A DNA stretch of 64,000 bases, taken from contig JAEOUA010000003.1 of assembly GCA_016839555.1 (NCBI GenBank), positions 192,001 to 256,000 of the forward strand, in the 5' to 3' direction. The notes beneath the pieces are model-generated. The model had not been told where the DNA came from, made no database searches, and saw only the letters and a list, made by a program, of their open reading frames with translations. A program made the position numbers and the translations under genes. This DNA comes from Promethearchaeota archaeon (GTDB taxonomy: Archaea > Asgardarchaeota > Lokiarchaeia > Sigyniarchaeales > SOKP01). Below, piece after piece: positions 1-9,604 of the stretch. Each line of letters opens with the position of its first letter. Position 1 is the first letter of the stretch.

Positions 1-59
1 ACTTTTTTTATGAATTAATCAGTAAATTAAAAAGATATGAATATAAAAAATGTTATTTC

Positions 60-929
60 TTAGATATTTTTAATATCCGCTAGAGAATTAATTAGAATTT
101 TTATAGCTCGATCAATTCCTGGCTCCATCTCAGAGTGAATCTCATTGGAATTTAGGAAATCATATTCTGTTCCCGGTAAATCTGAGAATCCTAATATAGC
201 ACACGTTTTAAGGTTATATAATGCGCCTAATAAAAATAAAATTGAGGACTCCATATCAATTGCTTCAACTTCGATTGATTTCATTGTTCTTAAAAATTCT
301 TGAGTTTCACAGAACAAAGCATCTATGGTCCATAAATCCACCATTTTAATTTTAGATTCATATAAAGACTTTCCTTGATTATACAATACATTACTCAACG
401 CTTCGTTTGGTTTTGAGATATATATGATTTGATTGCCAGCAATGAGATTTTGAAATTTTCCACGGGGATTTTCAATAGATTTTAATTGAGTCGATAAGCT
501 TGTATTGGTTAAAATGTATTCAGGAGATGTCCCATCTCCACAGTATGCTAATTTAGGAATTATCACATCACCTATATTCACATTATTTTTTAATCCAGGA
601 ATTCCCCCACAAAAATCTATTCTTAGAATTTTATTTGCTTTCGTTCTTTTTAAACACTCCATCATTATTGCCATATTGGGACATCCCATGTGACTGCGAA
701 TTACACTAACTCGTACTCCATTAAGCAGTCCGTTGTAGACATAGCCTTTTTTATTTTTATTATCTAATTTGTTAACAACTTTTTTCATTACCAATTTAGT
801 CGTAGGGAGGATCACTATTTCATTAACATTAGATGGGGCAGTTTCTAAGAAAATACGGGTAATTTTTTCATCGTTGTCAATAAATTTGAGTCCTAAATTA
901 ATTAGGTCTCTTTTAATTTTATTTATCAT
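60..929 (-). CDS. Nucleoside phosphorylase (PNP/UDP family)
   Basis: HMGCP, RIDFCGG, GDVIIP, WTIDALF and IDMESS motifs of the PNP_UDP_1 fold. Confidence 0.75.
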   Translation of the reverse strand: MINKIKRDLINLGLKFIDNDEKITRIFLETAPSNVNEIVILPTTKLVMKKVVNKLDNKNKKGYVYNGLLNGVRVSVIRSHMGCPNMAIMMECLKRTKANKILRIDFCGGIPGLKNNVNIGDVIIPKLAYCGDGTSPEYILTNTSLSTQLKSIENPRGKFQNLIAGNQIIYISKPNEALSNVLYNQGKSLYESKIKMVDLWTIDALFCETQEFLRTMKSIEVEAIDMESSILFLLGALYNLKTCAILGFSDLPGTEYDFLNSNEIHSEMEPGIDRAIKILINSLADIKNI

Positions 930-1066
930 ATTAAACTCTTGATTATATTTTATAAGTAAGTATCTAATTATTATAAGACTTATAATTCTTAATAATTAAT
1001 TTAAATTATCTCTCAAAATTTTTAATAAAATAATGGAGAGTCAGTAAAAAGAGTTTAAATTAACTC

Positions 1067-2365
1067 GTGGGTATAATGAATAATACTTTTTTTAATCATA
1101 ATGGAATATCCAATGAATTCGTTGAATCATATATCAAAAGTAATTATAGGATAATAGGTAATAATAAACATTCCGCTATAAAGCCTTGTCATTGGTTAGA
1201 ACAAAGACTTTTAACGGGAAGAGATAATAGAAATTGTTACAAGGGGGTATTTGGTATAGAAAGCCACAGATGTCTTCAAAATACTCCTTCCTTACCGTTT
1301 TGTAATCATCAATGTGTTTTTTGTTGGAGAGATATTGAAAATGGATCAATCGGGAGCGATTTCTCAGTTAAACCAGATGAACCAAAAGAACTAGTTGATG
1401 AAATGATAAGACATCAGCGAAATATTATTAAAAACCATTTACCTCTAAGAAGATACTTAGAGAACTACGAAGTAATGCTCGACATTATGTGTTCAATGCT
1501 GAATAATGAAGGACCCCATAATATAAACTCATTATCAAAATATATTCATATTAGTAAAAATAAAATACAGCGAGCCTTAAACCTATTAAAAAACCAAGAT
1601 TTTATAAGACCTACAGACAATTCAATGAATTTTCTTAAATTAGATCAAGAAATAAGGAAATCATTGAATTCAAGAGAGGATTTAGAGCTTTTAATGAACC
1701 GAGAATTAACTTCTCCAAATGATATTATGAGGGCACATTCAGAAGCTTTATATCCTAACCATGCGGCAATATCACTTGATGGGGAGCCTTTACTTTATCC
1801 TAAATTATCTGGTTTAGTATATGAATTTAAAAAAAGACAAATGACCACATTTATTGTAACTAATGGTACATGTCCAGATAAAATAGAATCCTTGAACCCA
1901 CTACCTTCCCAATTATATATAACTCTTCCAGCACCTAATGAAGAAATATACAAAAAAACTTGTCGCCCAATGATTAAAAATGGTTGGGATAAAATTAAAA
2001 ATACTCTTGATTTAGTTGATTCACTTCCTACGAGAACATTAATAAGATTAACTGCTGTAAGGAATCTAAATATAAAAGAACAATTTATTGAAGACTATAT
2101 AAAATTAATTGATAAGGCAAATTCAAACTTTTTTGAAATTAAGGGATTTACATTACAAGCGAAAGCTTTATTAATAAACCAACGCCTAAAAAGTAAACAC
2201 CCAGTTCAATATTATTTTCCTAACTATGAATATTTGGAAGAAATTGCCAAATTATTTCAAGAAAAAAGCGGATTTCCATTAATATATACGAATATTCCAA
2301 GTAGAGATTTTTTATTTGCGGTTAATTGGGATGAAAACAAGGATCCAAAAATAAAAAAACCCTAA
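1067..2365 (+). CDS. taw1: Radical SAM 4-demethylwyosine synthase (Taw1/TYW1) with an inserted HTH domain
   Basis: HSAIKPCHW, CYK, GIESHRC, CNHQCVFC (CxxxCxxC), HAAISLDGEP, TFIVTNG and SQLYITL. Confidence 0.88.
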   Translation: MGIMNNTFFNHNGISNEFVESYIKSNYRIIGNNKHSAIKPCHWLEQRLLTGRDNRNCYKGVFGIESHRCLQNTPSLPFCNHQCVFCWRDIENGSIGSDFSVKPDEPKELVDEMIRHQRNIIKNHLPLRRYLENYEVMLDIMCSMLNNEGPHNINSLSKYIHISKNKIQRALNLLKNQDFIRPTDNSMNFLKLDQEIRKSLNSREDLELLMNRELTSPNDIMRAHSEALYPNHAAISLDGEPLLYPKLSGLVYEFKKRQMTTFIVTNGTCPDKIESLNPLPSQLYITLPAPNEEIYKKTCRPMIKNGWDKIKNTLDLVDSLPTRTLIRLTAVRNLNIKEQFIEDYIKLIDKANSNFFEIKGFTLQAKALLINQRLKSKHPVQYYFPNYEYLEEIAKLFQEKSGFPLIYTNIPSRDFLFAVNWDENKDPKIKKP

Positions 2366-3618
2366 TATCTATTGTTTACTAAATTTAATATTTTCTCTAA
2401 AAAAATCTTCATAAATTCTTCTCCGCTTTCAATTAAACCCAGTTCTCCCTTTTTTCCGGATCTTTCAGAGAAGATTCTTTTCTGATTATTCACCCGTTCA
2501 TTCATTGGATTATAAATCGCAAATGGAACAGGATCGCTTGAATGTGTCCGAATTGCACAGGGGGTTGGATGGTCTGGGAGTACACAAATTTTCAATTGAT
2601 TATTAAATATTTTTTCTGCTTTAATAAAAGGCTTTACAATTTTTCTATCAAAGTCCTTTAGAGCCACACTCTTTTTCTTCGGATTTCCCGTATGTCCCAT
2701 CTCATCTATGGCTTCCACATGAAGGTACACAAAATCTTTCTTTTTCAATTCTTCTAGAGCAGCAGTAACTTTTCCTTTGTAATTCGTATTAGGTAAACCT
2801 GTCGCTCCCTTAACATGAATGGGTTCTAAACCCGCAGCGATGCCCAATCCAAAGATTAGATCGACCGCAGAGATCACAGAACCTTCCAAGCCGTATTTAA
2901 TTTTAAACGGTTCTATTTTTGGCTTTTTCCCTCCACTCCACGGCCATATATTTGTTGCTATGTTTTTTCCTTTCTTTTTCCTTACTTTATTTATCTCATG
3001 ATCAAGTAATAAAGGTCTACTCCTCTCGATTAATTCGACTAATAATTGCGCAGTTAGCTTTGCTTTCTCATCATCAAAACTATTTGGAATTGGTAGATTT
3101 TTCTTAAAATTTTCACCTAATATATCATGAGGGGGAGTAGTTAGTATTTTTTCTGTGTATATTGTTCCATTCAAACGTAAAATATGACGGTATTGAACGC
3201 CCGGAAAAAAATCAACGCCTTCATCTGATAACTTATTTTGAAGATATTTTATGAGAGTTGTGGATTCTTCGGTAGATATGTGTCCTGCGGAATAATCTTC
3301 TATAATAGAATTTTGAATTGTAATAAGATTACATCTGAAGGCAATATCAGTCTCACTTAAGGGAACACCAGCGCTTAACGCTTCTAAGGGGCCTCGCCCT
3401 GTTAAATCCTTTTGAGGATTATACCCGATTATGGTCATATTCGCAACATCACTCGAAGGGTTCATCCCCGCGGGAATTGTCCTTAGTAATCCCATTTTAC
3501 CATGAGTTGCGAGATAATCCAGTGATGGTGTATCTGTTGCTTCAAATATTGTTTTATTCTCCAATTCTTCAATCGGCCAATCTGCCGCACCGTCACAAAT
3601 TAAAATTACATGTTTCAT
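2362..3618 (-). CDS. apgM: Cofactor-independent phosphoglycerate mutase, archaeal ApgM family
   Basis: DGAAD, PSSDVAN, GRGPLEA, AFRCNL, HVEAIDEMGH, PDHPTP and HSSDPVP. Confidence 0.9.
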   Translation of the reverse strand: MKHVILICDGAADWPIEELENKTIFEATDTPSLDYLATHGKMGLLRTIPAGMNPSSDVANMTIIGYNPQKDLTGRGPLEALSAGVPLSETDIAFRCNLITIQNSIIEDYSAGHISTEESTTLIKYLQNKLSDEGVDFFPGVQYRHILRLNGTIYTEKILTTPPHDILGENFKKNLPIPNSFDDEKAKLTAQLLVELIERSRPLLLDHEINKVRKKKGKNIATNIWPWSGGKKPKIEPFKIKYGLEGSVISAVDLIFGLGIAAGLEPIHVKGATGLPNTNYKGKVTAALEELKKKDFVYLHVEAIDEMGHTGNPKKKSVALKDFDRKIVKPFIKAEKIFNNQLKICVLPDHPTPCAIRTHSSDPVPFAIYNPMNERVNNQKRIFSERSGKKGELGLIESGEEFMKIFLEKILNLVNNRY

Positions 3619-3654
3619 CTAAAATCTCTAATATAGTGAAAGATTCAGATCATA

Positions 3655-4287
3655 TTAATTATCTTTTTTTTGAGTATACAATCTTTTTGGGATTTCGCTT
3701 ATATTTTTTTTGAAATCAATCTCTCTTACCATATTTTGAAATTTCTCTAACCACTTAATTTCTGCTTCATTATGTAATTCATAATGTTCCAGAGCTAAAA
3801 TTGTAAAAGGATTTAGGTCAAATAAAATATTAGACTCAACATATTTTTTTCCTTCTTCAATTTTTTTAAATAATTTTGTTCTTTCTCGAATTTGATGTTC
3901 ATTAGATTCTATTAATTCTTTCTTCCCTCTGAAAAATCCATATAAAAGAATGAAAGGAGTTATAGCATCGATATTGAAATAAAATTCTTGTAAATTATTT
4001 AAATAATATTTCATCTGCTTAAAGAATTCTTCTCTTCCTTTTGGGAGCAATTTGTAAATGGTTTTTTCAGGGCGATTTTCGTCTTGTTCAGATCCTATTT
4101 CTTCTATAAATCCCTTTTTTTTAAATTTTTTAAGTGTATAATAAAAAGAAGCGTTTGAGGATGCTTCAATATAATGATCAAATCTCCAGTCTATTGATAC
4201 TTTGATTAATTCATATCCACTCATGGGTTTTTGATAGGTGTTAAAAACTCCCAAAATAAATACTTCGAGAGGTCTATTTTTTGCCAT
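3655..4287 (-). CDS. PadR-family transcriptional regulator
   Basis: PMSGYEL...YYTLKK...GFIE...RPEKTIYKLLPKGREEF winged helix with C-terminal EIKWL helix. Confidence 0.85.
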   Translation of the reverse strand: MAKNRPLEVFILGVFNTYQKPMSGYELIKVSIDWRFDHYIEASSNASFYYTLKKFKKKGFIEEIGSEQDENRPEKTIYKLLPKGREEFFKQMKYYLNNLQEFYFNIDAITPFILLYGFFRGKKELIESNEHQIRERTKLFKKIEEGKKYVESNILFDLNPFTILALEHYELHNEAEIKWLEKFQNMVREIDFKKNISEIPKRLYTQKKDN

Positions 4288-4342
4288 AAAATTATTTTCA
4301 GATTTATTTTTATAATTATTTTTTTTATTCTAATTTAAATAG

Positions 4343-4366
4343 TTAAATTTAAATATTTAAATTTAA
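4343..4366. promoter_or_regulatory. Perfect 24-bp palindrome between divergent padR and membrane genes (candidate operator)
   Basis: TTAAATTTAAAT-ATTTAAATTTAA; composed only of A/T, so significance is limited. Confidence 0.45.
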
Positions 4367-4394
4367 TTATTATTTATTATAACACGCTTATAAA

Positions 4395-4946
4395 TTGAGA
4401 TTTATTATGAGAAAAGAAAATAATAAAAATTTAAATTATGAGGAAGAAAAGTGGCATTTTTCCCCATTAGATATAATTCTAACGAGTATTTTTACCCTCG
4501 CGTTTATTGGTCAATTCATTTTGCTTTTTATTTATAATAATGAATTGAATTTGAAATATTTAGAATACATAGGGTATGGTCTTTGGGGGATCTCAATAAT
4601 ATTTGCGATTTTACCAATGATCATTTTAAAAAGAAAAGGTAAAGCTCCTAAAGGGAAAAGTTATATACATACTCAAAAGATAGTAACAACTGGATTATAT
4701 GCTATTGTGAGGCATCCGCAATATTTTGCAGGTATTATATTAACTATAAGTATTACATGCATCACACAATCATGGATTAGTTTAATTTTGACAGTGCTTA
4801 TTATAATTCTAACATATCAGTGGACATATAGCGAAGATAAAAGCTTAATTGAGAAATTTGGAAAGGAATATGAGGAATATAAAGCGAAAGTACCTAGATT
4901 GAATCCAATTTTAGGTATAATTTATTATTTTATCAAAAGAGACTAA
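4395..4946 (+). CDS. ICMT/PEMT-family membrane methyltransferase
   Basis: TM helices; VTTGLYAIVRHPQY and ED..LIEKFGKEYEEYKAKVPR motifs. Confidence 0.85.
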   Translation: MRFIMRKENNKNLNYEEEKWHFSPLDIILTSIFTLAFIGQFILLFIYNNELNLKYLEYIGYGLWGISIIFAILPMIILKRKGKAPKGKSYIHTQKIVTTGLYAIVRHPQYFAGIILTISITCITQSWISLILTVLIIILTYQWTYSEDKSLIEKFGKEYEEYKAKVPRLNPILGIIYYFIKRD

Positions 4947-4998
4947 AAGAACCAAGTTTTAAAGATATATTATAAAAAAAAGAAGTATATAACATCAA

Positions 4999-5754
4999 AT
5001 GGAAAATAAAGAAGTTCCAGAATCTAAGGGGAGCAAATTGTTCATGTTTTCTCCAAATAAAGATACCTATATTGCTATTTTTACAGAGATTCTGATGATA
5101 ATTTTGTATTTTAGCACCACTAATTTATTGAGTTTAAGTAATAATACTGTAATTCCTTTTCTAATATTTGGAATTCTTACTAATTTGGTACTTAATGTGT
5201 TATTTCCAACGTGGTGGATCGTTTTCCATAGGGGTGAATCCCTTTCAGAGCTCGGAATTAGTAAAGATCGCATATTATTAAATATTGTTATTTCCATAGG
5301 CTTTTCTATTTTTACGGCATTTCCAGTGATTCTTCAAATTAGTCAGATTGAAAATGGTATCGCCCATTTAGTCTACAATGGAATTATTTTATGGGAACCA
5401 TTTTTTGTATATTGCTGGCTTCAATTGCGATACGAAAAGGCATTTGGAATTATCCCTGGTATCCTGCTAACGGGTCTCAGCTTTATGGCATATCATATCG
5501 GAACATTTTATTTTGAAAATTTACTAATTCTTCTTTTTTGGGGCTTAATATTTGCGATTATTTTTCATTTTATCAAAAATATTATTGTCTTATGGCCACT
5601 GACTTGGAGTTTCTCATCATCATTGGGAACTCTTATGGGAAATATGGTATTTTCATGGGACTTGGTCTTTTTATGGTCTATAATATTAGGAATTCAAATA
5701 GCATTTATAATTTTTGCTTATACTTATTCAAACCAAAAAAATTTTAAAAAATAG
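4999..5754 (+). CDS. CPBP (Abi/Rce1-like) family membrane protein with degenerate motifs
   Basis: Multi-TM; SLSELGI, WEPFFVYCWLQLRY and FMAYH resemble CPBP motifs 1-2. Confidence 0.55.
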   Translation: MENKEVPESKGSKLFMFSPNKDTYIAIFTEILMIILYFSTTNLLSLSNNTVIPFLIFGILTNLVLNVLFPTWWIVFHRGESLSELGISKDRILLNIVISIGFSIFTAFPVILQISQIENGIAHLVYNGIILWEPFFVYCWLQLRYEKAFGIIPGILLTGLSFMAYHIGTFYFENLLILLFWGLIFAIIFHFIKNIIVLWPLTWSFSSSLGTLMGNMVFSWDLVFLWSIILGIQIAFIIFAYTYSNQKNFKK

Positions 5755-5773
5755 AAATGAGGCATAAAAAAAA

Positions 5774-6322
5774 TTGAATGAAGTTAATAAGGATGATAAA
5801 ATACTAAAAAATAATGAAGCTTCGGACAGAAAATTTTCCTGGAAAGATTGTATATATTCAAGTATTTATTGGCCTATTATGATTGCCCAAATGGTCTTAG
5901 TGTTCTTATTCTATAATTATTATCAATATAAGATAATATCATAGTTTGGTTGGGCAGTTTTAGTATTATTTCTCATTATCGGTGCGCTTCCGAGAATTGC
6001 CTTGAAAATATACGGCGAAGTAAAAGAAGGAAAGAGATTTTTTGAGAGTAGCAAATTGATAGATAAGGGGATTTATGGAATAATTCGTCATCCATATTGG
6101 CTTTCTTGGATTTTACTAAGTTTTTCACTAATATTAATGTCTCAATATAGGATTATGATTTTATTAGGTGGTATTGCGTGTTTATTAATTTATGTAGAAA
6201 CTTTTCACTTAGATACGAATTTGATTAAGAAATTTGGAGAGGATTATAGGAAATATAAGAATAAAGTGCCTAGATTAAATCTTTTATATGGATTTATCAA
6301 ATATTTTGTTAGAAACATTTAA
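5774..6322 (+). pseudogene. Second ICMT/PEMT-family gene interrupted by one in-frame TAG at 5942-5944
   Basis: The frame runs from TTG 5774 (GAGG upstream) through ...YQYKIIS*FGWAVLVLF... into ORF 6002-6322 (GIIRHPY, KKFGEDY..YKNKVPR); 182 codons, similar in size to the 4395 paralog. Confidence 0.75.
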
Positions 6323-6414
6323 AGCACAAATTAAGTTCAAAAATAATAGAGAATATAGAAAAAGTTAAAAATAATGGAAAATCAATTTTTTCTAAAATTA
6401 TCCAAATACTATTT

Positions 6415-7053
6415 TTATTTATAGTAATTTGTGAAAAAGAAATTAATTATTTTTTTTAATTTACCCAAATTAGTTTTTTTCAATCCCGAGAACTTTAAAT
6501 ATGGTAATTGGACTTGATAATCATAATTGAAATGATCCAAATGGACAATATTAAATCCATATCTTCTTGCTGAATCAATAAAAAACTTAATTATTCGTAT
6601 TTCATCAAAATTAGAAATCTTATCAATTTTATTAATTAAGATAAGAATAGGAATAGCAAATTCTAGTAAAAAAGTAATCATCTCAAAGCTTAGTGGAATT
6701 GTTTTTTGTTTCTCATAGAAATATTTTCCCAATTCATCTTCAATTCGCAATACATTGAGCACCACTAAGCCAAAAAAATACTTATCATGGTAATTTTCAA
6801 TATGGGAAACTAATTGTTGTTTAATATGCTCCTGTCGACGCCGACTTTCCTTTTTCATATACCCGAAACCAGGTAAATCAACAATTTGATACGACATCTG
6901 CTTTTGGGTAATCGGTTTGATTAATAAGGTACTTCCTGGGGTTTTCCCTATTTTCCCCTTATATTGACTAGGATTAGGCAAAAGTAATTTTGCAATAGTA
7001 CTTTTCCCAACATTTGAATTACCGATTATTAGAAGAGAAGGTTTTTCCTCCAT
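6415..7053 (-). CDS. engB: EngB/YihA-like GTPase
   Basis: GNSNVGKST, GKTPGST, DLPGFG and NKIDK. Confidence 0.8.
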   Translation of the reverse strand: MEEKPSLLIIGNSNVGKSTIAKLLLPNPSQYKGKIGKTPGSTLLIKPITQKQMSYQIVDLPGFGYMKKESRRRQEHIKQQLVSHIENYHDKYFFGLVVLNVLRIEDELGKYFYEKQKTIPLSFEMITFLLEFAIPILILINKIDKISNFDEIRIIKFFIDSARRYGFNIVHLDHFNYDYQVQLPYLKFSGLKKTNLGKLKKIINFFFTNYYK

Positions 7054-7166
7054 CTTATATAAAATAGTATGCTTAAACTAAATAATCTTGGGATTTTTTT
7101 ATAAAAAAAATAATCGAATTAAAATTCTATTAAAAAGAAAATAAACGAGATTTAGAATAGAGATAC

Positions 7167-7340
7167 TTATTTAATTATTTTAGATTTGAGGTACATATTG
7201 ACTGTCTCATATTTTGACGGAATCCCTTTAGCATATTTTTCTTTTTCTTTTTCTAAACACTCTGGACAAATAGCTAAATGCAATTTATTATGAAATTCTT
7301 TATCACATTCTAAACATATAAATTTCTCTGATGTGAGCAA
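7167..7340 (-). CDS. Small zinc-ribbon protein, 57 aa (not in the ORF track)
   Basis: GGGTGA SD then TTG; MLTSEKFICLECDKEFHNKLHLAICPECLEKEKEKYAKGIPSKYETVNMYLKSKIIK has two CxxC. Confidence 0.75.
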   Translation of the reverse strand: MLTSEKFICLECDKEFHNKLHLAICPECLEKEKEKYAKGIPSKYETVNMYLKSKIIK

Positions 7341-7560
7341 AAAATCACCCTTAAAAATTATTATATTATGATATATAGAGATTTTTTGCTTTATATACTA
7401 AGGGAGGGAAAGGAATTATCTAAATATTCGTGAAATCCTTTTATTTCAAATAAAGTTTGTTACTTTACCTCCAAAAAGAGGAAAATTTTCAAATTATTAA
7501 ATTTTAGATGTACAGAAACTCTCATATAGAAAATTTGAAAAAAACTAAAAAAAAAGAGAT

Positions 7561-8403
7561 TTAATAAGTGTAGAAACCTTTCTGCGTTTTTAATCCCAAT
7601 TCTCCTTTATCTATTTTATCTTTAAGAGCCTGAGGCGGCAAATCTTTAGGATCGCCACTTTCTTTATAATATGACATCTCAATATCATATACTACATCTA
7701 GACCAACACCATCCATTAATTGGAAAGGTCCAAGACCCATACCAGTATAAATTTTCCAAGCTTTATCCACTGTTTCGATATCAGTATAACCACCTGCCCA
7801 GATCTCCAAACATTCTTTCTTAACAGCTCTCCAGATCCTATTAAAAACAAATCCTAGACATTCTTTTTTTACAAGTAATGGCTCTAATTCAATGCTTTCA
7901 ATCCATTTTTTTCCTTTCTCGAAAGTTTCATCACTAGTTTGTGATCCTCTCATTATATCAGCCATGGGAATTGTTTTTGGTATATAGAAATGGATATTTA
8001 ATACCTTGTCTTTTCTTTCGACCGCATCTTCAATTTTAGAAACGGGTATTGACGAGCTATTTGTTGCTATAATTGCATGAGGTGGAGCAGCTTTATCTAT
8101 TTTAGAAAAAACTTCTCTTTTTAATTCTAATTTTTCTGGAACAGCTTCAATGATAAGATCAGCATCTGCGACAGCTTCGGAAAGATTTTCATGATCAGTT
8201 ATTTTCCCATATATATTTTTTACTTTCTTTTTTCTATTTAGGGATCTTCCAGTTTTATCAAGACCTTCGGGATTAATATCATATATTCGTATGTTATAGT
8301 CATAAAGCACAACCTGATTTATTATTTGTTTTCCCATAAAACCTATGCCTATAACAGCTACGGTTTTTATTTCATTCATTACATATTCACCCATTTTTTT
8401 CAA
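7561..8403 (-). CDS. 3-hydroxyacyl-CoA dehydrogenase
   Basis: GIGFMG, IEAVPE, ATNSSS, HF, GFVFNR, GPFQLMD and GLKTQKGFY. Confidence 0.9.
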   Translation of the reverse strand: MKKMGEYVMNEIKTVAVIGIGFMGKQIINQVVLYDYNIRIYDINPEGLDKTGRSLNRKKKVKNIYGKITDHENLSEAVADADLIIEAVPEKLELKREVFSKIDKAAPPHAIIATNSSSIPVSKIEDAVERKDKVLNIHFYIPKTIPMADIMRGSQTSDETFEKGKKWIESIELEPLLVKKECLGFVFNRIWRAVKKECLEIWAGGYTDIETVDKAWKIYTGMGLGPFQLMDGVGLDVVYDIEMSYYKESGDPKDLPPQALKDKIDKGELGLKTQKGFYTY

Positions 8404-8638
8404 TATTTTTATATTGATTAATAAAGTTTAAAGAAATGAATTTGAATCATTTAGATAAATTTAAGAATCCAACTATATTAATTATTATTTTTTTTATAAT
8501 TTTAAGTGATATCAGAATGAAATAATGCTCACTCTTTTGAATTTTTATATTTTTTGAGTTTTATAAAAAGAAATGCAGCTCAATTATCTGAAGATTCGCG
8601 AATATTGCTTATATTTTAAATTATTTAAAGCTGATATT

Positions 8639-9484
8639 CTATATGTCTGAAAAATCATCTTTTAAGAACTCGCGAAACATTTGCTTCTTTTTTCCCTCTT
8701 CAATAGAAGGCTTAGTCAAAATTGGTTTTCCTGCTTTTTGTAGAATATTTTCAAGTTTCTCTACATCAATATTAATTTTGAAGTTTCCTCCGGGTAAATA
8801 ACGAATAACTTGACTATTATTCATTTTTAATCGCAAGAGATAACCTAATCCAAAATAGAATTGATTCTGTGGAATCGGATTTAAAGCTGATTTGCTGGTA
8901 TCATCTTTAAGTATATCATATAAAAAAGATTTACTTGCTGTGTGATCTTGAACCTCGAAGGTTAAAAAATAAAGCGCATGATACCAAATTTTATCACGCT
9001 TCTGTTTTACATAATTTAAAAAATCCTCTTCCGTAATAACCTTCTTCTTTTCTTTTTCCTTCTTCTTTTTTAATTCTTCCTCAATTTTCTTTTCTAACTC
9101 ATCTGAAACCGCTGAAGAAGTTTTTGAAACAGGTTTTTGTTCGGTGGAGAGAGTTTCCTCTTCTTTAACTATATCAATTGCCTTCTTCATTTCAATAAGC
9201 TCATCTAGATCCATTTTTCCGATATCCGAAAAATCCATCATCAATTCTTCTTTCTCCTCAAGTGGACTTAGGCTCTTAGGACGTTTTTTATCCGTATCCT
9301 CCTCAATGTATGATTCCTCAGCTTGTTTTACTTGTTCAATAGCCTCTTTCATTGCCTCTATTTCGTCTAAATCTAAATCTTCTAAATCAGAAAAGTCTGA
9401 TTTTAGATCCTCTAATTCACTTAGATATTCTTGGTAATCATCATCTTGACGATTATCTTCATCTTTTTTTTGGTTTTCATTCAT
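8639..9484 (-). CDS. Hypothetical protein with acidic internal repeats
   Basis: 281-aa ORF; DFSD-x3-DLDE-x3-MK repeat present twice. Confidence 0.7.
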   Translation of the reverse strand: MNENQKKDEDNRQDDDYQEYLSELEDLKSDFSDLEDLDLDEIEAMKEAIEQVKQAEESYIEEDTDKKRPKSLSPLEEKEELMMDFSDIGKMDLDELIEMKKAIDIVKEEETLSTEQKPVSKTSSAVSDELEKKIEEELKKKKEKEKKKVITEEDFLNYVKQKRDKIWYHALYFLTFEVQDHTASKSFLYDILKDDTSKSALNPIPQNQFYFGLGYLLRLKMNNSQVIRYLPGGNFKINIDVEKLENILQKAGKPILTKPSIEEGKKKQMFREFLKDDFSDI

Positions 9485-9604
9485 AATCTCTATTTTAAAA
9501 CTAAATCAACTATATTGATGAATTTTAAAATACTACTTTTTTCGTTTAAGTATCAATATAATAAAAGAAAAATAAAATAATTAAAATTAATTTAAACATT
9601 TATT

